Below, in pieces: positions 1-11,200 of a stretch of DNA of 54,456 bases. The stretch is from an uncultured virus (IMG/VR IMGVR_UViG_3300032288_004103) (lineage: Duplodnaviria; Heunggongvirae; Uroviricota; Caudoviricetes): the IMG/VR virus record IMGVR_UViG_3300032288_004103; one strand, given 5' to 3'. The notes under the pieces were generated by a model. It was not told the DNA's origin, searched no databases, and saw only the letters and a list, made by a program, of their open reading frames with translations. Numbering within the stretch: position 1 is the stretch's first letter; each line of letters starts with the position of its first letter. The translations under genes and the position numbers were made by a program.

Positions 1-3000
1 AGATTTAAATATAAATCCTCTAATAATTTAGATTCACTACCACAAATTTTTTCTGAAAACATTCCTATTAGAGTAGAACCTTATTGGTGTGATAGTTTAA
101 GTGTTGGTAGTGCATTAGGTATAAATAGATATGATATCCAGCCTAATTTTGAAATTATACCAAACGCACTTTTTATTGGTAGTATTTTTAGTGATGATGA
201 AAAAGATTCATTAAACAAAAATTGTAAACCTGCCAGAGAAATGGGTAAACTAAATGAAGTAATTACTGGTGGTGGAAAAATTGAAGCGATAAGAAGAACT
301 GTTGATGGTAATATAGAAAAATTTAGTTTTAAAGATAATAGTATTGATGAAAATGGTAATTGGTCGATATTAGTGCCAATGAATTTAAGAAAAGTTGTTA
401 CAGACGAATTTGGTAATTTAATACCTTCGCCTGATGGAATTAAAGGTGTTGCAACAGAAGGTGATTATAGATTTAGAATTTCTATGGATGCTACATCTAA
501 CGATAAAAGACTTAGACAACGAGCAAAATTTTTAGTTCCTAATACTAATAATAATTTTGTATTTCGTGAATTTAAATCTGAAGAATTAAAAAAATCTAAT
601 TTATTTAAAAAAAATACACAATTATCAACAATAACTACAGGAACACCTTATGCAAATGATTTAAGGAATCAATATAACTATTTAGAAGAATTTTATTCTT
701 TTAGATGGAAAAAAGTTTATACGGTTAAACAATATATTGGTAGGATGCAGAAAGTTGGTGGGAATAATGCGGATGAAGCTAGAGGGTTTATAGGTATAAA
801 AGATATTATTAATGCAGAAGGAGTTAATAAATTCCCTAATAATAGATTTGATACAAACGTAAATCCTTTGTATAGTATTATATGTGTTCTAGTTAGTTTA
901 TTTGGACACGTTATAGGATTTATTAATGGTATTATTAATATTATTAATGGGTTAGTCACAACAATTTGTCAAATTAAAATACCTGTTGGTATATCACTTA
1001 GCTTAGTTTATTGTATAGAAATTGCATCTGCGGAATTGTGTAATGATGCTTATAGGGCTCAATATCCGTGTGGTTGTGATGGTTGCCCTAATTGTAATAA
1101 TAATAACTGTCGTCAAAATTGTTCAGGAACGGGAACAATATTTAATTTTTCTATAAACATTAAATGGAAATGTTTATTTAGTGGTTTTTTATGCGAAAAA
1201 TGTCAACCATCTTGTCCTGAAGGTGAAACTCATAGTTGTTGCCCTAGCGGTTATGCTTACGATTGCCCTAATAATGAAACTATAGATTTACCTGTAAGTT
1301 CAGGCGTACCGCTTAATCCATCTTGTTGTTCTGATTGTTGTATAAAAGTTCCATTAATACCACTAAGATGTGCGGAAGAAGGACTTGAACGTAGAGTATC
1401 TTTAATACCTTCACCATTTGCACCTAATAAGTGTAATAGAACATACGTTGTACCATTTTCTTGTAAAAATTGTGGTGGATTACAAACACCAGGAATTAAA
1501 GATTGGGTTTCTTGTGTAATGGAACCAGTTGCAGTATTTTTAAGAATGTTAAAATTTGACTTTTATAATGATTGGGTTGGAGGTTCTCTATATTTCCCAT
1601 TAATTAAAAGAAAGTATAAATTAAAAAAATCAAAACGTAAATTTGGACAAATAAAAAAAGACGTATTCTGTGATTTTGATTGTAGAGAAAGAGGTAGTAA
1701 TACTAATTTTCAAGGTGATCCTACTTATAATCAATGGAGAATAAAAATACCTGCAATACTATTCTCAAATCCTAGTATAACTGTAGATGGATGTACTGCT
1801 AAAATAAAGGGTAAAAAAGTTACTGATTGGTATGGTACACCAGAAAATGATACTCAAACGTTTAATTTAAATTTGGCAGTTAAAGAATTCCAATTTAAAG
1901 GGTTAACAAATACTTTAGATGGTTGTAATATTAAATTCAATAGCTTTAGTGATTTTCAAAATACTTTCAATAATCAAGGAATACCTTATCTCATAAAAGA
2001 TAGGGAATTAGAAGGTGTACACGGTAAACCTGAATACGTTGAGACTGATGATGGTAATGGTAATACTTCTTGGGTAAATATAGGTGGTCATGGTCACCAT
2101 AGAAATATTTGTGATAATACTAGAATGGTAGAAAGAAAAGAGTTTTTTAAACAAACTTTAGATTGTTTAGAAACACCTAGTGATTCAGATATATCCGATG
2201 ATAGTTTATTTGGTTCAGTTAATACTGAACCCGAAAGTGATACTGGATCATCTTTACCTTTTTGTGAAGGAAATAATTGTAACCCATCTTGTAGTACAAA
2301 TGGTGTTGCACCTTGTATAACACCAGCAGGGTATAATAATTATAAAGATGTAGTTATTAAACATGGATTAATTAGTTGGTATGAAAATGAAATTTATTAT
2401 ACACCTTATGTTCCTTTAGGTGACCCAAAACAAAATAATGCGGAATATAAGGGTAATTTGTTATTACCTACAACAATTATGGAATTAGGTAGTATGACAT
2501 TTTGTGATATTGATGATGTACCTTTTATAATGGATAAATTAGAACCAACTACTTTTCAAGCTAGTTATGAAGATTTAAAAGTTAAAATAGGTGGATCAAC
2601 TAACTATGACGGTGGAACTAAATATGTTATAAACAAATTAGATGATAAAAAAGACATTTCTTTAAATCTTAGAGCTTATGCTGAGTTTAGTTGTTTCACA
2701 ACAGTATGTTCAAACACATCGGCAGCAGTCAACCAATCTCAAATAGGTGTTGATATTTTAGATAAAAATGATATTGGTATTGAAATAGGTAACTGTTTTG
2801 TTAGATTTGAACACGATGAAGAAATAAGAGAATATTTTTGTAGGAGATTTAATGGGTATAAAAGTGATAGAACTTTCCATCATATAAGACCTGGTGGAGT
2901 AGACACTGATAATATTTATAATACTTATCCTGAAGTAACACTTGCCAACGCAACACCTGTTTATTATGAACTACCCGAAGGTGATATAGTTTTATCTGAA

Positions 3001-3522
3001 TTTAATGATACAGACGCTTTCATACCGGGAGACGCTTGTGGTTATAAAAAATCTAATGGTAATCCTGATTATTTTTATGGTTTAGCACCGGGATCAACAC
3101 AAAATTTTATAAATTATCCTAACGGTAATACCACTTTAAATTTTGGTACTGCCCCATTTGTTGATAATGTTCTTGATAATATAAATTTTGTTAATAACGT
3201 TTCTGGGGTAAGATTTAATAGATCTCAAACACCTTATTATTTATATTTTGGTTTAGTACCTGGTAAAACATCATTACATAAAACAGTGGCGTTATTTTTC
3301 GGTGATAAGATTAATGCTATAACTCTACAAGGTATTGGGGGATCAAATTCTAGTGTTAGTGAAACAATAAACAATTCGCCTAATATTAGTGGTGAGATTA
3401 GTAATCCGTTTACAGTGTATAAAACTTGTTTAGGTGAAACTTTAATAAAACAAGTACCTGTCGGTAACCCACCAGTATTAACAAATAATAATTTTACATC
3501 ATCTAATGCCCAAGGTTCATAA
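1..3522 (+). CDS. Large Cys-rich putative virion structural protein (5'-partial; the frame is open from base 1)
   Basis: Frame 1 has no stop from base 1 (RFKYKSSNNL...) through Met241 to TAA at 3522, so the true start lies upstream of the window. It has a Cys-rich block and a hydrophobic segment, and heads a run of tightly packed structural-type genes. Confidence 0.6.
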   Translation, partial: RFKYKSSNNLDSLPQIFSENIPIRVEPYWCDSLSVGSALGINRYDIQPNFEIIPNALFIGSIFSDDEKDSLNKNCKPAREMGKLNEVITGGGKIEAIRRTVDGNIEKFSFKDNSIDENGNWSILVPMNLRKVVTDEFGNLIPSPDGIKGVATEGDYRFRISMDATSNDKRLRQRAKFLVPNTNNNFVFREFKSEELKKSNLFKKNTQLSTITTGTPYANDLRNQYNYLEEFYSFRWKKVYTVKQYIGRMQKVGGNNADEARGFIGIKDIINAEGVNKFPNNRFDTNVNPLYSIICVLVSLFGHVIGFINGIINIINGLVTTICQIKIPVGISLSLVYCIEIASAELCNDAYRAQYPCGCDGCPNCNNNNCRQNCSGTGTIFNFSINIKWKCLFSGFLCEKCQPSCPEGETHSCCPSGYAYDCPNNETIDLPVSSGVPLNPSCCSDCCIKVPLIPLRCAEEGLERRVSLIPSPFAPNKCNRTYVVPFSCKNCGGLQTPGIKDWVSCVMEPVAVFLRMLKFDFYNDWVGGSLYFPLIKRKYKLKKSKRKFGQIKKDVFCDFDCRERGSNTNFQGDPTYNQWRIKIPAILFSNPSITVDGCTAKIKGKKVTDWYGTPENDTQTFNLNLAVKEFQFKGLTNTLDGCNIKFNSFSDFQNTFNNQGIPYLIKDRELEGVHGKPEYVETDDGNGNTSWVNIGGHGHHRNICDNTRMVERKEFFKQTLDCLETPSDSDISDDSLFGSVNTEPESDTGSSLPFCEGNNCNPSCSTNGVAPCITPAGYNNYKDVVIKHGLISWYENEIYYTPYVPLGDPKQNNAEYKGNLLLPTTIMELGSMTFCDIDDVPFIMDKLEPTTFQASYEDLKVKIGGSTNYDGGTKYVINKLDDKKDISLNLRAYAEFSCFTTVCSNTSAAVNQSQIGVDILDKNDIGIEIGNCFVRFEHDEEIREYFCRRFNGYKSDRTFHHIRPGGVDTDNIYNTYPEVTLANATPVYYELPEGDIVLSEFNDTDAFIPGDACGYKKSNGNPDYFYGLAPGSTQNFINYPNGNTTLNFGTAPFVDNVLDNINFVNNVSGVRFNRSQTPYYLYFGLVPGKTSLHKTVALFFGDKINAITLQGIGGSNSSVSETINNSPNISGEISNPFTVYKTCLGETLIKQVPVGNPPVLTNNNFTSSNAQGS

Positions 3523-3524
3523 AT

Positions 3525-5540
3525 ATGGAACAAGTAAATAAAATATTATTAAATAGTGTTAGATTACCTAATAATGTTAATGTAGACACTCAAATACAAT
3601 TCGGTATAGAAAGTACAGATAAACCATTACCATTAAATGATATTGATACAACTGTAAGTCAATTTGAACAATTTGAAAAAGAAAGAAGAGAGAGTACTTT
3701 ATATAGATTCTATGGGGTAGTTAAACCTGTAATAAGTAATCCTTTATTTAATGAAAATATAAAAATTTATACTGATCAAAATAATAATATTGTTAGTAAA
3801 CCTATTTTAAGTAGTTCTATTTTTGAAAAGGATGGTTGGGTAGGATACTATAATGATGAACCTAATTTAGATGCATTACAATTTAATGATAATAAAAGTG
3901 CACTTTGTGATTTTTTCCCTTTTGATCCGGGATACGATAGATTGAATTTTTTAGATAGTGATGGTGTACAAAATTATTTATTAAAAATAAGTTATCCATT
4001 TAGTAGTAAAGATATTGTTTTAGTAAAAAATAATGCAAATGTTTCATTAAAAGACGGTATTCCGATTATTGAAAAATTCCCTATCGAATTAAATGGTAGG
4101 TTATACACTGGTTTTAGAACTGCAATGAATCATGGATTAATACAAGACGATAGAATCAGTTTAATTAAATTTACTGATAATACTTTAAATAATTCTTTAA
4201 AATTAGATATAAATTTTTATAGGGTTTTTAAATTAGGTAATCAAACTAACGATAATAAATTAAGGACATTTGTTATAGATGTAGAGCCACAAGATATTGA
4301 TTTTACTATTGGTATTAGTACAGTAAAAAGAGTAGTTAGAGATAAAATATCTAGTTATTATGTTAGGCAATTTAAAAGTTTAACTAGTTCTGATTATAAA
4401 GATTATGACTTATATCCTGCAGCTTATGGGGTAACTTATTTTGAAGATGATGTTGCAGCTTTTAATTTTAAAAAGGATATTGATGTAAAAGGTTTAGTTG
4501 ATAACTTAAATAGACCTTTGAGTGAATTATATTTAACTATTGTAAAAAATGATAATGACAATAACCCAACATCAATATCTAATCAATATTGGTTAAGTAA
4601 ACAACAAAATTTACCTGCACCATTTAACACAAGATTTTGGACAAAAATTTCTGCGGGTTATCTTTTAGAAAATGATGTAAACATAAATTATAATATTCGT
4701 TCATATGGTGATACTAATTATAACGGTTCCTTATATTATGAAAATATTGATGAATCTGATAATGTTTTTGATGGTGATATTGTAGAATATAATGAAAATG
4801 AATTATTAGAAAGAAGATTAGAAATTGTTTATCATAGAATAAATACGGTTTATAGAGAAAGATTAAACCAAATTGATTCTAATAAAGAAAATAAAAAAGA
4901 AGGTTATATTTACTCCCCATTTAATTTAATACAAATTAGGGAATTTGCCAATTTTATTAATCCAATAGTTAATTTACAATCGGTTATAAATAAATATAAT
5001 ATTACTAATCCGATAGAAATATTAGACTTAAAAAAATCTTTTAGAATTCCTGATTATGCAACAGAAATAGCACCAAACGTTTTTAAGTGGAGAGAGTTAT
5101 TAGAGATTGGTGAATTTGACAGTACTGGAAATGGTGTAGATTATCCTTTTGAGGATGGTGCACATTATATGTATTTAGATAAAAGGTTTTATTTTCAAAG
5201 ACAAGACCCACCATGTGAATTCTTATTAATATCGGAAGATATAACATTAGGTGCGTCCGATGTTGGTAACATCCAACAAGATAAATTTTTAAAATTATTA
5301 CAGGATCCGACATTTTTAGCCTATAACTTTACATCAGGACCTTCTATTTCTAGTATTATTAATAGTAGTGGTGTTGGTGGAATTTATAATTTAATTAATT
5401 ATAATGGGGTAAGTGATTTAGTGTTAGAAGTTACTTTGGCAGATTATACAGGTGATTACGAATTAGGGAAAAGAGACGTTGGTGGTGGATGTATTGATTT
5501 TTCAGTATTAAAACAAAAAGAAATTGACGATGTTTGTTGA
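3525..5540 (+). CDS. Hypothetical protein, putative tail/baseplate structural component
   Basis: 671-aa ORF starting 2 nt after the previous stop, within the structural cluster; no diagnostic motif recognised. Confidence 0.55.
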   Translation: MEQVNKILLNSVRLPNNVNVDTQIQFGIESTDKPLPLNDIDTTVSQFEQFEKERRESTLYRFYGVVKPVISNPLFNENIKIYTDQNNNIVSKPILSSSIFEKDGWVGYYNDEPNLDALQFNDNKSALCDFFPFDPGYDRLNFLDSDGVQNYLLKISYPFSSKDIVLVKNNANVSLKDGIPIIEKFPIELNGRLYTGFRTAMNHGLIQDDRISLIKFTDNTLNNSLKLDINFYRVFKLGNQTNDNKLRTFVIDVEPQDIDFTIGISTVKRVVRDKISSYYVRQFKSLTSSDYKDYDLYPAAYGVTYFEDDVAAFNFKKDIDVKGLVDNLNRPLSELYLTIVKNDNDNNPTSISNQYWLSKQQNLPAPFNTRFWTKISAGYLLENDVNINYNIRSYGDTNYNGSLYYENIDESDNVFDGDIVEYNENELLERRLEIVYHRINTVYRERLNQIDSNKENKKEGYIYSPFNLIQIREFANFINPIVNLQSVINKYNITNPIEILDLKKSFRIPDYATEIAPNVFKWRELLEIGEFDSTGNGVDYPFEDGAHYMYLDKRFYFQRQDPPCEFLLISEDITLGASDVGNIQQDKFLKLLQDPTFLAYNFTSGPSISSIINSSGVGGIYNLINYNGVSDLVLEVTLADYTGDYELGKRDVGGGCIDFSVLKQKEIDDVC

Positions 5541-6414
5541 TAGAAAAAAAATATTAATTGATAGTATTGGTAGTGGTACTACTATAAACATTTCATTGGG
5601 AACTAATTTTTTCCCTGTTGATAATGCGGAATTAATACAAGATAAATTTGTTGATGAAGAAGTTGAAAACGCAATTAATCCTATTATTGATTATAAAAAA
5701 GTAATATTTAAACCTTCAGATAATAATTGGAATATTATTGATAAATTTAAAATTAATTTAAATTTTTATACACCTGAAACAATTGCTTTAGGTGCACCAC
5801 TTCATAGAGGTACTGGTGCAGAACCAGGCGTATATAAAGATATAGGTTTTATATTTGACGATGTATTTTGTAGAACTAATAGATTTATAAATAGTTTTTT
5901 CAGATTTTCATTATATGACAAACCATACAGTGGTCAAAATACTTTATTATCATTTTATGATGTATATGTTCAAGTAGGTAAAGATCAAGAAAATTCATTT
6001 GGATTTACTTTACCTATAGAAACATGTCCGATTACTTTTGTTTTAGGTGATCCTGTTACACAACCAAATGAAATACATGAAGGATTTCATATTTATTGGT
6101 TTAAAGATTTAGTTGATAATGCTCCTAATCAAGAATATGAATTGTATGGGGTAGTACAATTTAATAATGCTGGAAATGGTAAGACTTATGATATGGCACC
6201 ATCAAAAGACATAGATCCTAATAATATTACAATTTCTAATTTAGAAGGTGAAGAAGGTATTTTTTATTTAAAAATAATACTTAAAAATGATAATGGTGTT
6301 TATAAATATAAATTTACCCCAAATGCAAAACAATTACAAATACCACCAGGAGTTAATCTTAATCCTTCTAATGGTGGATTACCTACATTAACTTTTTGGC
6401 AAATTACCCCTTAG
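5530..6414 (+). CDS. Hypothetical protein, putative structural
   Basis: ATG at 5530 is preferred over TTG at 5524; overlaps the upstream stop. Confidence 0.55.
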   Translation: MFVDRKKILIDSIGSGTTINISLGTNFFPVDNAELIQDKFVDEEVENAINPIIDYKKVIFKPSDNNWNIIDKFKINLNFYTPETIALGAPLHRGTGAEPGVYKDIGFIFDDVFCRTNRFINSFFRFSLYDKPYSGQNTLLSFYDVYVQVGKDQENSFGFTLPIETCPITFVLGDPVTQPNEIHEGFHIYWFKDLVDNAPNQEYELYGVVQFNNAGNGKTYDMAPSKDIDPNNITISNLEGEEGIFYLKIILKNDNGVYKYKFTPNAKQLQIPPGVNLNPSNGGLPTLTFWQITP

Positions 6415-6415
6415 A

Positions 6416-6423
6416 ATATTTAT
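6416..6423 (+). promoter_or_regulatory. ATATTTAT putative phage late promoter core
   Basis: Fills the 13-nt intergenic gap before 6428; the same 8-mer precedes eight other gene starts. Confidence 0.5.
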
Positions 6424-6427
6424 TAAT

Positions 6428-7303
6428 ATGGAATTATTAAGAAAAAAAAGAAATTTAGAAAATTATACTATAAGAAGTATACCTAAAAGTATTCTAATTA
6501 AAGATAGTAGTGGTAAAACTATAATAGATGAAAATAACCCTAAATATTATTATGGTAAAATTCCTAATTTTAAAATAGATAAAGAAGGTAATTTCATATT
6601 AAACTCATTTGGACAAAAAATAGTTAACACTATTGATATTAATTTATTTTTGACTCAGAATATAGATGATATGGGTTTATTTACTGATGAAAAATTTGTA
6701 CCAAAAAACCCTACACTAATAAATGAACCAATAGGTTTTAATTCATTTGAGTATGGTAGATTGGCAGGTGCCCCAGTTAACTTTTATTATAGTAATGTTG
6801 CAACAATAACTGGAACGACAGATGATGGTTTTCTAAAACAAGTTAAATCGTACAGAAAAGATAATATTGGTAATGATGTTTATGTTCCTAATTTAAATGT
6901 TTCGGACGACCCTAAAAATATATTTAATGGTGTAGTAACCGACAATCAAATAGAAACTACCTATAAAATAGGATCAAATATAAATAATATACTTAACACA
7001 GGTGTTTTGTATAAAACATATAAAAATATTTTTCAAAAATCTTTTGATGAATACGGTAAAGAAATAACATTTAATAAGACAGAATTTATTGCACCTAATG
7101 GGGGATGGAACCAATTTAATACATCTTTAAGTGCTAACACAAAAAAAGAAGAATATTTAGGTGTAGTTTTTAAACCAGAAGTTAAGAGTGTAGTATTTAT
7201 AAATAGAGGTATTGCTGATATATTTGAAAGACACGCATTACTCTCAGAAATAAAGTCAACTAATGATATTGACACAAATAGAGGTGGATTTATAAGAATT
7301 TAA
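6428..7303 (+). CDS. Hypothetical protein, putative structural
   Basis: 291-aa ORF in the structural cluster. Confidence 0.55.
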   Translation: MELLRKKRNLENYTIRSIPKSILIKDSSGKTIIDENNPKYYYGKIPNFKIDKEGNFILNSFGQKIVNTIDINLFLTQNIDDMGLFTDEKFVPKNPTLINEPIGFNSFEYGRLAGAPVNFYYSNVATITGTTDDGFLKQVKSYRKDNIGNDVYVPNLNVSDDPKNIFNGVVTDNQIETTYKIGSNINNILNTGVLYKTYKNIFQKSFDEYGKEITFNKTEFIAPNGGWNQFNTSLSANTKKEEYLGVVFKPEVKSVVFINRGIADIFERHALLSEIKSTNDIDTNRGGFIRI

Positions 7304-7313
7304 AAATAAAGTT

Positions 7314-8216
7314 ATGGCAACAGGAAATTATGGAACAATAAGACCAGCCGATGTATCGGTAGAAGATGTAGAAATATTTTATAGTTATACACCAAATAGG
7401 GAATCACTAGGTGTAGTAGATTTAATATCTTTAGACCCTACACAAGTTTTAGTTCCAGCAAGTAACCCAACCAATGTTACTGAAATATTTGGTGGTTTAT
7501 ATACCTTAAAATTACCTACATCTGTTTTTGGTAGTAAGGGGTTTTACAGTATAATTATTAGACCGAAACAAATAAGAGCTGTTATACAAGATTGTGCAGT
7601 TTTAATAGATAATCAAGATGTTAAAGGTATAGTTTTCGATATTAACCAAATTCCATTAGAATTACAGAATAGATTTGAAAATGGTAATTTAGTTGGATAT
7701 AGGATTGAGTATTTAAAAGAACAAAGTGGTACAGGACAAGATAAAATACAAAATTTATTTAGGATTGTAACATCTAATAATAGAGCGTTACCCGTTACTC
7801 AAAATCAAGGTAATAGTAATGCATCTCAAGCATATACATTTAACGATAACTCAACTAGTGTTTTTTGTACAGTAACACCAGCTTCGGCACCATCAATTAA
7901 ACCTAATGCAACACCTTTTATTGGTAATCCGCAACAGGAAGTAATTATAACAAATACGTTTTTTAATCCAGTTATGTTGGAAATAGAAATGGTAGAGTTT
8001 GATGAAGAAACTTTAGCATATGCTTTATTCTCTAACCAAACAAAATCTCTAGAAGATGGTATTTATACTATATACAATTTCGGTAATGAAATTTATAGAC
8101 AATACAACTTGTATGAAGTTAAAGATCAATTTACAGGTAAACCATTGTTTGAAGTTAGAGAACAGAAGTTTACTATTGATCCAACAAAAGATTTTGATGA
8201 CATAACTAATTTTTAA
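7314..8216 (+). CDS. Hypothetical protein, putative baseplate/structural
   Basis: 300-aa ORF with an A-rich initiation region (aaaaataaagttATG); structural context. Confidence 0.55.
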   Translation: MATGNYGTIRPADVSVEDVEIFYSYTPNRESLGVVDLISLDPTQVLVPASNPTNVTEIFGGLYTLKLPTSVFGSKGFYSIIIRPKQIRAVIQDCAVLIDNQDVKGIVFDINQIPLELQNRFENGNLVGYRIEYLKEQSGTGQDKIQNLFRIVTSNNRALPVTQNQGNSNASQAYTFNDNSTSVFCTVTPASAPSIKPNATPFIGNPQQEVIITNTFFNPVMLEIEMVEFDEETLAYALFSNQTKSLEDGIYTIYNFGNEIYRQYNLYEVKDQFTGKPLFEVREQKFTIDPTKDFDDITNF

Positions 8217-8224
8217 AAACGTAA

Positions 8225-11200
8225 ATGGCGAATAGGAGAATAAAAGTTGCGGGATATGCTCAAAGGATATTTTTCAACGATAATATTGAATATAGGGATT
8301 TTAGTCCAGATTTAGTAGGATTTCAGTTAACTAGTGAAGGGGGTACAACTTTATTTACTAATGGTAATTTTTCTATATCAGTTAATTTAGATCCAAAACC
8401 TGATATTTTATTTAAACAAGGTACAAAATCTAAATTCTATACTTTAGATGATATTGCAACATCTGCAACAACTCAATTTGACATACAAAAAAATATTAGA
8501 ACTAAATTAAATTTAGATTTAACTAATCCTTTAAGTTATATTTGGTATGGTTCTGCAAAAGAATTGGTACGTTCTTCTTTAATAGAAATACAAGAAAAGT
8601 GGCCAGCAGCAATTTACGTAGACAATAAAGTTGGTAGTGTTACGGGTAACAACATAACTAATTATGTATATGATATAGAGGCAGATGAATCTACGTTTAC
8701 TGTAAATAGTAATTTCTTTATAAATCCATATGTAATTAAATACACTACCGATGCTCAATATGTAAGTGATACTGATATTTCTAATCCATTAAGAAATTTT
8801 ACATTAAAATATGATTCTTATGTTATAGAACATAATGGAATAAGTAGAAAAATAAAAAATATAACTCCTGCACCACAAAAAACAAATTCAAATTTAGAAA
8901 TAGTTGTTGAAGGTAATCCATTTCCTGAACTAACAGGAATTTTTATCCCACAATTATCATTTTTATTTAATAATGTTGATGCATCTATACCTTATTTCAT
9001 AAAACCAAATGAGGATGAAATAGAGAAATTTTTTACTGGTTTAAATGATTTACAAAAAAATATATTAAATAGAGACGTATATCCAAAATATAGATCTGAA
9101 GTAATAAGTTCAAATTATACAGATGATGGTGTATTGTTAACATCAAAATCAGTTTTGGATTTTCCTGTTTTAGCAGACGGATATAATTTAAACTTTTTTG
9201 ATAGTTTTTATATAGCCTATTTAGATTCAATCAATAGATTAGGTGAAGGTTTAGATGAAAGTAAAACTGATATTATTGTAAGAAAATATACTACAGAAGC
9301 AATTTCAAGTTTTGATACCATACCTAGAGCGGACGGAGATGATTTAGTATTAAATGGTGAAAAGGCAACTAAATTACTTAGAATATATGGTGTAGAATTT
9401 GATTACATTAAAAAATACATCAATGGGATTAAATTTGCACATGTTGTAACATATAACAAACAAAACAATATACCAGATTCTTTAGTTAAAGATTTAGGTT
9501 ATATGTTAGGTTTAGAACCTATTAATTTTATTAATGACACAACATTTAGTAAATTATTTTTACCTAGTAATGGGGCAGGACAATTTAGCGGTACTTCAGT
9601 CAATTTAACTCAATCAGATATTGATATAGAATTATATAGAAGATTGATTTTAAATGTGGCTTGGTTATGGAAAAGTAAAGGTAGTAGAAAAGCAGTTGAA
9701 TTTTTATTTAGATTTATTGGGGCACCAGAATCTTTAGTTAATTTTAATGAATATATAGTAATGGTAGACAAACCATTAGATATTGAAGAAATAAAAAAAC
9801 TCCTTTATTTATATACAGGTGAAGTTAATTTAGAAAATATACCATATGACGAAAATGGTTTTCCTTTACCACCTACAAATGGTGAATTAGTAATAACTGA
9901 TTTTATAAATCCTGAAACTGGAGAATTAGTTGAGAATTCTTTTACTGAAATGTATTTCCAAAAAGGAGGTGGATGGTACAGAGAAACTTACGGATCAAAT
10001 GTTGTTTCAGTTTTAAATGGTAATAATCCCCATATTGGTAAATATGATGGTGGTAATGAATATTTAAAATATTTTAGTAGATGTTATATACCTAATTTTA
10101 ATGATGTACCTTCAGTAACCATTACCGCAGATACATTAGTACAAAATTATTTTTTAAATTATAATTATGGAATTTTTAATGGTATAGATAATAATTCAGA
10201 AATATATACAACACAATTAACTTTAAATCCACAAACAAATGGATACCAACCTATAAACGATTGTTTAAATATTAATTATAGTATCATAGAAACTCCGTTA
10301 CAAAGTGACGGTAGTACTACTTTCCAACAACAGTGTTGTGATGCAGAACAAGCATATTTTGAGTACTTAGAATTAATTAAACTAGAACCATATTTAGCTT
10401 ATTCGCCAGAATGGCAAGTTATTAAAAATAATTATGAAATTTCTAAAAATAATTGTTTAACTGAGGCGGCTACTGAAAATTGCGATATAAATAAAACTTT
10501 ACAAATTTGTTTAGATAAAAAAGAAAAAGAAAAAATACAATATAGTTGTAATAACTTAAACTTAGTTGAATGTAGTCCTTTCATATATTATACAAATGAT
10601 GATGGAATAAAAGTATCTTTTGATGAATTCCCTACTTGTTGTAGAGATAATGAAGGTGCAAAATTTGTTTCTTATGTTAATGAATATGGTAGAACTACAG
10701 AATATTGTTCTAAGTTAGCACCTTGTGTTGGTAAACCTCAAGGGGTTGATGAAAATGGTTATGTGGTATTTAGTATGGATAATAATACAATGCCAAAAGA
10801 TATTGTTCAGATATCATTCAATCAATCAACCATTAAATCGGAATCAAGTCAACCAGTAAGTAGAAAAAAAGTTGTCACAGAAGAGATAACAACAACAGTT
10901 AATAGATGTTTTCAATATATCTATAAAGACTTAACATTTCAAGACTTTTTTTTAAGATTATCTGCAGAAGAATATATAGAAACTTACATCTACACAGGTA
11001 GAAATTTAGCAACAATACCTTTTGAACAAATTTTTGTAGAGGTTAGTTGTAATGCAACATCTATTGTGAGTAGTCCTGAATGTTGTGCTTGGTATGGTTA
11101 TGGTTATGAAATAATCCAAAGTAAAACTGACCCAAAAAAGACAGCTAGATTTAATTCTACATCTTTTACCGAAAGTAAAGGTGATACTATAAATGTTGTA